From assembly GCF_006345805.1 (NCBI RefSeq), contig NW_021832224.1, positions 372,001 to 436,000 of the forward strand: a stretch of DNA of 64,000 nucleotides, in the 5' to 3' direction. This DNA comes from Octopus sinensis (lineage: Eukaryota). The notes beneath the pieces are model-generated. The model did no database searches and was not told the DNA's origin. It saw nothing but the letters and a program-made list of their open reading frames with translations. Positions 1 to 11,469 of the stretch are shown piece by piece; the stretch's first letter is position 1, and each line of letters begins with the position of its first letter. Position numbers and translations under genes: made by a program.

Positions 1-1
1 G

Positions 2-303
2 AAGGGGACCAGATTGAGTGACCCACAATTGGTCGAGATTGCTCACAAGTAATTGCTTTTTCTACGTGAGGTATGGCAAGACCGCGTCACAGATCTTGCT
101 GAGGTGGAGTCTCCAGTCCGGGTTTGTGACTATTCCCAAATCAGCAAACTGTGACAGGATCACTGAAAACAGTCAGGTTTTTGATTTTGAGCTGTGCCCG
201 AGTGATATGGCTATTCTGGTTTATTATTCTTCAATATTTGTAGAACGCCTTTTCGCAGATTTCGTGTACGTGGAATCCAACAAATGAGCCCTGGACTGAC
301 TGA
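2..303 (+). CDS. Aldo-keto reductase family protein, 3' part (gene starts before the window); introns 49-70 (22 nt) and 219-243 (25 nt)
   Basis: Spliced translation [40 protein letters not shown]...[32 protein letters not shown]; typical AKR C-terminal motifs (QILLRW, IPKS, FDFEL); both introns GT-AG and frame-restoring. Confidence 0.88.
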
Positions 304-556
304 TCAGTTTATTCTTTGTTTTTGATGTAATTCCTTATTTAATGAGGGAATATAATATCAGGCTGATCCACTCCACGAAAGTTATTTCGATGGTCTGCGT
401 AGGTCTGTACGAGAACTTTGAGGTTGTGTCAGTGAAGGAGCGGGAGAGAATATCTTTCAGGCTGCCCACTTCCGCTCCAAAAAACCTTCGAAAAGTTTTG
501 GTTTAACTCCTTAAAAAATTGTTGGATCTTTAGTGATTATTTTGGTGTACTTAAGG

Positions 557-915
557 ATTACAAATAATAACAATTTACTTGTGTTCGATGTACTAAGTTA
601 GGTTATCCAATTAAGTCGTGTCAGACCTTTGGGTATTTTCCACCAGAAGTGAGTGCAACCTGCAGGCTATGAACCTCTCCAGGTTGGCCCAAGAACTCGA
701 ACGGAGGTCAAAATATCCTGGAACCCTTTGAGGAACTGGTTCGGAGTTCGTGCAATAGAGACAGATGGTCGCTCCCAATATCGGGCAATAAAATCGTTTT
801 ACTAATTCAATTTAGCATTCCAGGACTGACCAGAGCCATAAACTTTTACAATTACAAATAATAGTAATTTACTTGTGTTCGATGTACTAAGTTAGGTTAT
901 TCAATTATGTCGTGT
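557..915. repeat. 65-bp direct repeat (557-621 and 851-915), 61/65 identical; RTE-like 3' tail
   Basis: Direct comparison of ATTACAAATAAT...TTTACTTGTGTTCGATGTACTAAGTTAGGTTAT...GTCGTGT. Confidence 0.9.
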
Positions 916-1165
916 TAACCCTTGGAGATTTTATAATTCAATTTTCTTTACCGTTCCCGGTCATTCGCAATTTCGAGAAGCCTTGATAAAGCCACTTTCG
1001 TGACGTCTTCTTCCGTTGATAGGCATCGGGTTTTCGGTTGACCGGGGTTTCTCTTCCTAGAGATATTGTTCAGCATAATGGTTTTTTTCAGAGCGGGCGA
1101 CATGTCTAAAGAATGCCATCTGTGTTTTACGATTTTTCCTTTAAGGGAGATGCTCGTATTCACCC
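851..1165 (-). mobile_element. RTE-like LINE 3' end fragment
   Basis: Translation ...ALKKTIMLNNISRKRNPGQPKTRCL...ANDRER resembles the RTE C-terminus (GKRxRGRPxxRW...AxDRxxW), followed by a 3' UTR containing ACACGAC. Confidence 0.6.
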
Positions 1166-1369
1166 GCTAAAGTATATCGATGTTTGTTATTTTTGACGTC
1201 CAAAGTGAACTCCTCTAGCATCAAAGTTCAAATGCATCAATTTTTTGTCTATTTGTTTTTTTTCAGTATCCATGTTTCAGCGCCGTATAAAAAAACCGGG
1301 AACACGGTTCTATTGAACATTCTGCATTTGGTCCGTAAGCAAATATCTCTGATTTTCCATATTCTGTTC

Positions 1370-2460
1370 ATTTTCAGGAAAGCACTCCGTCCTATAACAA
1401 TTCGCCTCTCTATTTCCAAGCTTCTGTCACCGTTCCAATTAATTAGCCATCCCAGAAAGACAACATTTTCCTAACTCTCGATTTTCTCATTCCCATTTTT
1501 AGTTCCGTCGGGCCGAGGGGTCCTTGCATTTGAGTGTATCCAAGATCGCAGGGTTGGTCGGCAATAATGTGTCGTCGTTGGAAATAATTCGGAGAGCTCC
1601 CTGGCATTCTCCTACTATGAATTTACGAGCGACTTCTTTTCTGACCCAATTTTTCTCTTTCCGCAAACGTGGGCGATTAACTTTGTCGTGCCCGCAGAGC
1701 TAATCAATTAAATCCTTAATAGGGCCTTCCAGAAGGGATTTTAGATTCATTTTAATTGCAGAACCCGAAGATTTGAGATTTGTCGAAGAGTTTTCAGAAT
1801 TTCCAAGTCCAAGGAGTGCAAAACAGAACAGATGGATCCAGGATTCTGTGTAGCATAACTGAACTACCCTTTTAACAACATTGTTAAGGCACAAAGCTGA
1901 AGAAATTTTGAAGAATTTTGCGATTTTTAATGGAATCTTTCTGGATTTTCGAATAGAAGAGAGCAACAAAATAATCAAATCTTTATCTGTGATCAAGAGT
2001 ACAGAGCGTTTTGCTCTGGGTTCAGCATATGCAAACAAGTGTAAACCAGATGTTCAAAGCCAATTGCGAATACCATTGACAGCATTCTTTCTTTGTTTCA
2101 CACAGCCAATGTAATGCTAGTCCCCAAAAGTGGAGAAGAATAAGCCCAATTTCCGAAATTTCTGCACGAAACAAGTAACACATACAATGGTAGAGTGATT
2201 GATTTGATTTCGGTGCTGCTGCTAAATCTGAAATGGCACGTGACTTAATGCCATCTCTTGCTCTCAGTCTGGAACTCTTCTCGATAATGACTGTGTAAGG
2301 ATTGGCGTAGCATTCCGTTTGGGACTTAATGTTTGGTGGGGGAATACAATCAATAAAAAAAGGATTACATCATTTTTTATGCAAAAGGAGTCCCGGTCGT
2401 GCTCCCAGACATTCAAGAAAATTTCGGCTTCGTTAAACGCTGCTAGATTCCGAAAGAACT
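1370..2460 (+). mobile_element. Highly decayed CRE-like non-LTR retrotransposon remnant
   Basis: LRPITI..SISKL (RT-like) and GLHHFLCKRSPGRAPRHS at ~2360-2415, matching the zinc-knuckle GLHPLWCKRSARRFPRHS of the element at 14.5 kb. Confidence 0.45.
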
Positions 2461-3248
2461 GCAACCAGTTGAACTTGACCGTAGAGACGGTAAATAACTA
2501 GATAAAGTTACTGTTTTTCCGTGAAGTAATAGGAAATACTTCACGTGGAACTCTACGTGCATAGACACCTTTTCTAAGACGGACATAATAGACTCTGCAA
2601 TCACTCTAGGTTTACCGGCTAAAAAGGCTGATAAATATAAAATCTCGAAATATTCCAATCTGTCAGACAACATCATCTTATCTCCAATTTTCATGTTCTC
2701 TTATCATTAACCTATAAAACTAAAGTTCAATACAATTGGTTTTTTAGTTGTTGTTGAACCAGTTAATGGATTGATGTGGATTACCCTAAAATTGTACTCA
2801 TCCTCTTCTTTCGGAAATATTTATTGGTATTGAAGAGCATCGAATGATCGATACGTTTCTGGAATTTTCATTAATCCAGTAGATATTTTGTTAATGATAA
2901 TGTATCTTGTGTCATATTGTTGACCTACTGTAAAAATTCATACCTGGTTAGATGTTGGTGCGTTTTGTCGACGCCCATATTCAGTTGAAAGTGTTGTATC
3001 GGCATCTGTATGGTGGGCAAAGTCGCGCATCAAGGTAAATATCAAAATTTTAAATATGCCAAAATTTTAGAATTACTCGATCTTAATTCGCTGTTTTTTC
3101 TAATTCATTTTGATGAACTTTAATGATTTTTTACTTATTCCGATGATTCTATTCTATGTCACCGTCCATGAAAGGACTACGCCGTTGAATGGACGAATAG
3201 CAAAATGTAATTTTCATCAATTCTATCCATATAAAATACGTAATCACA

Positions 3249-3470
3249 ATGTTTCTAACAGTTGAAGAACGAATAGAAATTATTTTACTTTTTGGACAGA
3301 TTGGTGCCACTAATCGATCTGTTGCAAAATCCTTCAGCTCAAGCCATGAAAGAGTGGACATAAGCTATATGACAGTCAATCGCTTACTCAAAAGATTCAA
3401 AGATACGGGCAGTGTTAACGACAAAGAGAGAAGTGGTCGCCCTACAGGGCTATTAAAACTTGTAAAATAG
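3249..3470 (+). mobile_element. Tc1/mariner transposase N-terminal HTH fragment
   Basis: EERIEII...TVNRLLKRFKDTGSVNDKERSGRP is a typical Tc1 paired-like HTH plus GRPR linker. Confidence 0.75.
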
Positions 3471-3989
3471 TCGTTAACATTTTACATTTTTTAATAAGTT
3501 GTGATAACATAACATAACAATTTCCCAGTAGAAACACGAAAGACAGAAGAGGTAACATTTTGTGATCCCAACACGGATGAGGAGACTCGTCATTTTGGCC
3601 CGATTTTTCTCACGAGTACCTGCGTAATGATAAAATATATGTATTGGATATTTGCAACATATGATAAAATATATGTATTTCATATTTGCAACAAAATCAT
3701 AATATCTGCACGTAGTCTTTAATCTTTTAAACATTGTTGGGTTGATTGATCCTCGTGATTATCTACAAAGTAAATTTGTAATGTTTGCTAACAGTATTAG
3801 AAGAGGCTCTAAAGACGTGTCTAAGCAGGTAAGCGTACATCAGATTCCAATAATTTCTCCTTGAATTTCATAGCTAAACAAAAACTGCATTTTTTGTTAA
3901 AGAACCTACATTACCTACAATTCTATACTCAGTTACTATATTATAATTAAATCCAGTGTTTACTAAACAAATAAAATTAGATACCCTAC

Positions 3990-4330
3990 TATCCTTGCAT
4001 GAAACTCGTAGGTGATTTCCTGCCTGATGTTCATCTTGAATTTGTTGATTTTCCTAACTGAATTTCTTCTTGTGTTCTGATCTTGTCTGTATCCCCTTTG
4101 TTCTTGTTTCTCTTGTTTCTACTAACAAAAGTCCTAAATCAATTTTGTTCTTTTCTAAGATTCCTCATATCATCGGTCTATTGTCTCCTTTTTATAGCTG
4201 TTCTTAATCTTTTGCATACCTGGCGATGTTTCTTTTGATATTGTGACAAGTCTGCCCTTTTCTTAACCATTCGCGAAGTATTCTTTTCTCGTTTAAAATT
4301 GGAGATTTCCATGAAATTTCCCAAATATTC
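3990..4330 (-). mobile_element. Possible RTE LINE pre-RT region fragment
   Basis: Lys/Arg-rich helix YQKKHRQVCKRLRTAIKRR resembling the RTE linker; weak. Confidence 0.3.
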
Positions 4331-4334
4331 TATA

Positions 4335-4797
4335 TTTCTTACCATGATTACACATGGAGTCATAACGAGGTGAAGTCCCTTCATTTTCTGATCTATAATA
4401 AGTATGGCTTGAGGCGGTTTAGAAAGTTGCAAACTCCTCGAGTTCAATTGGTGTTTGAGAACTCGAAGGTGTGCATTAAGGTGGATACCTATATACGTAC
4501 CTCGATTGTTGTCTAGCACAACAAACCCGATATTGTGGTCCACGATGAGGTTACTGAGGAGATCGTTATCGTGGGCATCCTGTGCCTAGATCGTTTGCAG
4601 ACAGTGGAAGTGGAGAAAAGGAAAAAGTATGACCTCCTTGCAAATGAGCTAGGGCTGATGCACTAGTGCAAAATTCATGTCATTCTTTATGTGATGACAT
4701 GAGATAAACTGGTTACCAAACAAGTGGTACTTAAGACAGCTGGGTGTAGATAAGTCTCGACAGGCTTATATGCAGTCAACTGTTCTTAAGAAGACTC
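4335..4797 (+). mobile_element. Decayed fragment of the RLE retrotransposon family at 23.7-27.2 kb (zinc knuckle plus RLE region)
   Basis: Collinear nucleotide similarity to ~26505-26980 (ACCATGATTACACATGGAG...GTCAACTGTTCTTAAG), with stops and small deletions. Confidence 0.9.
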
Positions 4798-6319
4798 CCT
4801 GATATTTAGTTAACAATATACATTTAATGCCAAATAAGAAGAAGACTATATTTTTACGATGCACATAAAAATTGAAACTTTATGATACTAAATAAAATCA
4901 TTTCATTGCATAAAAAAGAAATCCTTGTCGGCATTTTAATTGATTGACTCTTAAACTTAGCATTTTTAACTGATATTATCACAAAACTGAATGAACTTAA
5001 TTTAAAATTAAAGGGAAAGCATAAATATATTATTTATACAATTTTGATTGATTCGTATCAACGAATTCTTCCATGCTTTTGAAGCAAATATTTATCAAAA
5101 ATATTATTTTCAAGAATAAAAATGACAAAATCTCAACACAGATTCCGTTTAAGGATGACTATTTGAAAATTGCAAGAAACACTAAGCTTATATGAGGCAG
5201 AATTGGAAATAATTGCAAGAAAATTTCAATTACAAAAACACCATTAACTTTTAATTATAAAATAAAAATTTTGTTATTAAAAAGTCGATCGCCAAAAAAT
5301 CGCAAATGAAAAGTAGCTTGGCAGAGAAAAAGATTGGCCACTCCGCATTAATCTAAGTACGGGAAAGGCTTACTAACACGTGATTGCGTACTAGCACACC
5401 TAGATCCAACTACAAACTTTTCAGCTTCAGCAACTTTAATACAGTAAGGTCTCTTACATTTGCCAATTGGCAGATTTACCAATTTTTAAAGAAACTTTCT
5501 AAAATTTTAGTGGAAATTTGGCAATTCCGAAATTTGCTTGGAATTTCTATTCTAAAAAATCAGTTACCTATTCGTGTCATGTAAAAATTCATGTCATTCC
5601 TTTCCTCAGTTTCAATTTCATCATGCAATATTTTATCTTCTCGATTGAATAATTGTTTGTTTCCCACAATCTGTAAATAACATTTTCCAAGTGCTCATCA
5701 GTCAGTCTACTTTCAAAATGCACCAAATTATTTCTTTTTTAATTAAATAATTTACCCAACCTTTATTCGTGTTGTACTTTTTAGCAATTTCACCTTTAGA
5801 TAAGAAATTTTCGGTAAAATCTTTAATAATTTTAGAATTTATATCCTTAGTGAGGGGTAATAAAAATAATTTGACAAAAGTGCTTTAAAATTAAAAAAAT
5901 GAATGTAAATTTTACTTATTTTTTGCCCCAGTTCGAGGTTTATAAATTTGGCGGGGACTATGAAAAACAACATTTATTACTGGAATGGACCAAAAAACGG
6001 AGTCTGGCTTCGGGCGGTTTCGGTATGTACCGGAATATTACCTTTCCTGTTCGAATTATATCTACCTTTTAGTGACGTGTGCTCTACCGATTATTGGTGA
6101 CATGGTTACTTAGCAATCTGATAACATAAGCCTTTCATTAGTAAATATGTGCCGTGAATTTTTACTTTCAAAAGTTCTCCGTCCTTACATCTCGTGCATG
6201 CCACACTTTTCTACAAAGAAGAAGAAAACAAAAAAAATCCGACAAAACAGACGAGACGACAACAATCTATTCTGAAGAATCTGGTATTTTATATTTAATA
6301 TTGAATTAGGAGTTATCTC

Positions 6320-7930
6320 ATTTTTTTTAACACCAAGACCATGATATAAAAATCAGACAAATAATCACGTGATCCCGATTCACATCATAAGCGACAGCAT
6401 AATTTCTCGGTAATTTTTCACAAGACCGCACAGGGCAGCTAGTCGGTTTTTACAGTGAAATCAACATTTTAAAGCTCAGATTAATCAGATCCTTTAGAGG
6501 AGTCAGCCCGGAACGTTTGTTTCCATACAAAAAAAGTTCGGTTAATCGGCACGTTCTCGATTTTCCTTCTGTTTTTCCAGAAAAAAGCGGTCTTCCAAGA
6601 TTTTCTGACTTCTATTGTAAAGTACGACGACATTGTTCAACTTCAAAGCAACTATCTTCCCAATCTTTTATCAGATTCGAGGAGACGTAGATGACCTCTT
6701 AACATTCACGACGAGCCAGTTATTCATTAGCCAGAAATTGAGTAGATTCAGGTTAAATTGAATCTTTTAAGTGGCCTTCTAAATGTCCCAAGACAATTTT
6801 ATCCCCATAAAACAGTGTCATCGTCCACAAGGGACTGGAGGTCTTCCAGAAAGAGATTGAATAGAGCAGGGGATAAAGGAGAACCATGAGGTACTCCTTT
6901 GGCCAGAAGATGTGACATAGACTTCAATCCTCCGAGGTACACCCTTCTTCCAAGAGTCTCGTTGGGGTTTTCGCTTTTCTTGATGTTTTTCTTGATATTA
7001 TCTTTCGTGAAACTGAGTCAAAAGCTTTGTGTATTTTGACGTTACAGAGCACTATTTTCAAGTGTCTCGATTTATTTACAACCTCTCTAGGATTTTTTTT
7101 CATGAGCATAAAAAAAGCATAGGTCTAAAGGTTGGGAGGTCATCTCTAGGTCTTTCAGGTTTTCAGATGCAGTTTCAGCAGACTTTATCACGTTCCAAAT
7201 AGCTTTCCACATTTTTCCAGTTGTGTAATTTCTATTTACAGATGTAAGGACCCTGTTTCACTTTACAATCTAAGTCCTTTTCTCTTTGGCCTTTATTTCA
7301 TTATTCAATGCTCTAATCCGGAGCTTTATATCCAATGTCATTCAGCTAGATTTCTTGAGATGATTTTTTCATTGATCAAGGCAGTTCTTTTTCAACCACT
7401 TGCCGAATTTAATTGATGTTTAGGTATAGCCCTTGATCTTGCTTTCAAAATTATCTTCGTAAAGAGCAGAGTGCTACATCAGGTGACGTAGGCTTATCCG
7501 TCATCCTGAAAAGAGTCCTTATGTTTCTCAATGGATCATTCAGTATTGTTAAGAGTCCATTTAAGATAGTCAAAGTTCCCTCTTATCTCAGCCGACTGAG
7601 TTGACAGCCATCTGATGACCTCATAAATGCATGCCAGTTTCAAGAAAATGGAAAAAATAGCCCTTTGGACAGAATCTAGAAGGTGGAATGTACATTTAAA
7701 CAGCCATAGTCTTCCCTTCGTTGTACCAAGCAAGATCCCAGTTATTTTTGTAGCCTCATCAGCTCCTATCAAATAATTCAGATTAAAATGTGTAACTCTT
7801 ACCCAAAACATAAAATAGATCGAAATTGTAAAGATGAGGAAGTGTTATCTAAAGCAGGCATGTTCAAACGGGAACCAGTAGCCCTCTTTAAGTGCTACAG
7901 AACATTTTCGGGGAGTCACATAATCATTCC
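6320..7930 (-). mobile_element. Decayed, internally deleted I/Jockey-like LINE (APE remnant, RT remnant, 3' tail and polyA)
   Basis: KAFDSVS RT motif (~7000-7030); ORF end ...IGIT* followed by GGTCTTGGTG-polyA at 6320-6345; nucleotide similarity of 7400-7770 to 15570-16010. Confidence 0.6.
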
Positions 7931-7987
7931 CAAAGTGTGTAAGGCTTCAATGTTCAGCAAAACTGCACGAAACTTTCATTACCAAAT

Positions 7988-8272
7988 ATTACTTTGCTCT
8001 GACTGAGCGAATGAGAACGAAAAAAAAGCACGTGTTGTAAAGCAAAAAGGAAAGATTGTACTTGTCTTGCGGACTGCTTGGATGTGAAGTGAGTAACGTC
8101 GTTGATTTAAATGAGTGAATTCTTACTATGATGACGACATTTTGTGGGATTATTCCAAAAAACCCTACGGAAACTCACTAAGAGCACGTGTTGTCAATAT
8201 AAAGAAAAAGCACGTGTTGTCAAAATTACTTTGCTCTGATTGAACAAATGAGATCAAAAAAGCACGTGTTGT
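7988..8272 (+). repeat. Four copies of AGCACGTGTTGT (8027, 8183, 8209, 8261); two lie in a ~50-bp duplicated unit (7988-8038, 8225-8272)
   Basis: Direct reading; core is the palindrome CACGTG. Confidence 0.85.
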
Positions 8273-8329
8273 CTGATTGAAAAAATGAGATCGTTTGGTT
8301 GGATAGTCATAAACACAAGATGCCGTGGG

Positions 8330-11270
8330 AGACGAGAGCATGGTGAAAGAACGGAATGGCGAAGTGGGGGGAAAATACGAGTATGCAGTGATGGTGAATA
8401 TTGGAAGAGAATGCCGTGACTTTGAACGTCTGCGTGGCCGCATGCCATACATTGTAGACTAAATATTCATCTACAGTGGCCATTCGAGTTGGACGCCTTC
8501 CAGAAGTTTGCCATTTGCTCACTGGAGGAGAGACAGAGTGTACTCGTGTCAGCCCACACATCCGCGGGAAGACAGTAGTGGCCGAATATGCGATTGCTTT
8601 GGCACTAAAACACATGACTCGGTAGAAGGTGTTGTCATATTGTAGGGTTGTTTACACTTCCCCTATAAAAGCGTTGAGTAATCAAAAGTTCAGGCAGTTT
8701 AAGCAGACATTTACTGACGTGGGGATAATAACGGGGGACGTTCAAGTTAATAGGGATGCCAGTTGTGTTGTAATGAACACTGAAATCCTCCGTTCAATGC
8801 TGTTTAACTTGACAGGATGGTCAATAACCTTGAATATGTAATTTTCGACGACGTTCATTACATCAATAAATCACAACGGGGAGTTGTCTGGGAGGAAGTC
8901 CTCATTCTACTTCTTAACTATGTCGTCGTAGTCCTTCTCTCTGCCTCTGTTCGCAACGCCATGGACTTTGCAGAGTGGGTCGGGTTGAGGCAGGATTTCT
9001 ACTTTTAGTTCAATAAAAAGACGGAATGTGTTTGTTGTGGAGACTTCCCAGAGACCCGTGCCTTTTCGACATCACATTTTCGTCCCCAATGCTTCTAAAT
9101 TAAAGAGGCTGATATCGATTAATTCTGCGGAGACCAAATTTGACTACGAAAGTTGAGGAGTGATATTATTGGCAGATACCGAGTTGCTGTAGACTTGCTA
9201 AAGAATTATCCCTAACAGACAAAAGATTGGTTGGAGATAACAAGAATAGTATCAAAGGCACAACCTTCTGAAGACTCGCGATATTGACGTGTCTGACGTC
9301 ATTCGTTTTAGTTTTTCTGATTTTGGAGTCCGAAGTTGTTTGGTCAAATTGGGGTCGCAGATAAAGTCGTTGGAAGGGAATAATCGTAAAGGAACTGTCA
9401 ATTGTCAGGAATGTTCTGGCGATATTCGTTTATTCATCGAGTCATTTTCTTCCCTTACGGAGGAGTTGAGTTGTTTTTTGGTTCGTATTTTCCATGTTTA
9501 TGTTAGACGTTGTCACTGAGCATGAGTTCGGTGTTTGTTCTTGGCAGAATCGTGATTGTCCGAAACAGGAACAAGAACTGTCTGGGAGTAATATTGTCGT
9601 CTCTCTTTTTCAGGAAATTCACCTATTTAATATCCTGTCTTGTATTCCCGGCACCCAATGGAAAGAGCCATCCACTCTATCGAGGGTTTGTGGAAAATTT
9701 CTAGGCACGGTCGATTGGTATTTTCAACAACATCAACACTGAGAGTCTGTGTTGGGTAGGTGACCATGTGATCACTCTTAATGGAGATTCTGCCTGCGAA
9801 AAACCTCCAAAATATGTATGGTTGTTGTTTGAGTGTCTTAGGGTCCAATTGTGCGGAAGGTATCGAAATTACAGAAAGGTTATACGAGTATGTGTCGGGG
9901 CACAACTTTGACATTCCATTCTTGAGTAAAGTGGGGAAGGATGTCAAACTGAAGAAAGAACTGCAGAATATTCGTCGAATCGTGGAAAGTTGGGACAGTA
10001 TTTGTACACTAACTGTCCTCATTTCGTGACACATGTGAGTTCGTCATGTTTAATGTTGTAGTATAAAAAATGTGCAAGTTTGTTTAGAACGAGACCAATT
10101 TGTCCTTTATGCGTGGTGAGTACCAACAACAGGAGAAGGCGTTAGACACGGAATATTACTCTCGATTGGCGGTAATCTGGGGGAATATTGGTAGGTCCTT
10201 AAAGAACTCAACTATGTCAATCAGGATGGAGTTGTCGAATTAAATGGCAATTTTGCCAGGTCGATTGGTTGCACACAAGTGGAGATGAATTTGTGCAAAA
10301 TCTACTCCAAGATCCGACCCCCCAATAACGAATGTTTTTTTCTGCCTCTCTATAAAACGATCGCCATTATTCTGTGGAACAGATTGGTGATCTGCCGGGC
10401 TGCTGGCCCTCCCTTCGATTAATCACTTTTGCTTGAACTAAAAAAAAGTTAACTTACTATCTACGGTTCTCAGAAATTCATTATCAGGAAAACAGCCCGC
10501 TTTTTCTAGTACATATCCCTTTAATCTTCGCAATAAATTTTAAACAATCTAAATGTAGCCAGTCTTAACTGGTCGCATCAATATTTGTTCTATACTACTA
10601 TCTAGAGATTTCTTGCAAATTTGGTTTGGACTTGGTTTATTTTAGATTTTGATTTCTTGGTTTGAACTTGGATTATCTGAGTAGTGCTGGATTAATTGCC
10701 CTTTAATAACGTAAGATAGAGAATATAGCAACTAGACTGCACTCTCTGGCCTGTCATAAATAATGGTAGAAGCGTCCGACAAGCGGACAAATTTTAGGCA
10801 AAGCGATGGACCTCAGTAGATCGCCACTATACGTGGCTGATCAAATAGGCCGATTGGAGAATGTTGGCTATTGCTAACCAAATAGACAAGTTGCAGGACA
10901 CGCATGGAGTTATTGACTATTTCGAGCAAATTTCTCCTCGACTTCAGGATGGATTATCGGAGGTGGTATACAATTGGGCACTTGTTTTCTTTCATTTATC
11001 AGCTGACCAATACGTAAGCAGATGTGTCTGTTTGGAGTGATAAACTACTATTTAAAGAATTTATTAGAGCTTCCGGACAATTTGCAGAAGGCTCGATGAG
11101 AGTTTCCCCAAATATTCTATAGGGACCATTTTTGTAGGAAATGACTTGTCTGTTGCCTCCAGAGACGTTAACGAGGCTGTGTTAATACTATCTCTTCATT
11201 ATGGGACTAAAACATTAATAGTATTTTGTGTAACATATGTTTATAACACTTTTCTTGATCTCTATGGATG
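8330..11270 (+). pseudogene. SKIV2L: SKI2/SKIV2L-type RNA helicase pseudogene, retaining tiny introns
   Basis: WPFELDAFQK, AHTSAG(K)[81 protein letters not shown]; frameshift in motif I, DEVH to DDVH, later stops and deletions; GT-AG introns of ~23-25 nt. Confidence 0.8.
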
Positions 11271-11469
11271 TGAAAACCATTATATTACACCCCTCATCAC
11301 CAAAAATCGGACAAGCCATTTTTTATAACTTCTAAAAAAAATTGATCTTGTGGTGCTAAATGCCAGATTCAACACATATGTCGAATACTCTACATATGGG
11401 CCCACCTATCTGAGAAACAACTATAAATACGGAAAGAGGGATAGGCCAGTCGGCCCGGGGGCATTTTAG

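Noticed and set aside
2443-3030. Possible minus-strand host gene with tiny introns
   Set aside because: Could not build a continuous frame or recognise a domain.
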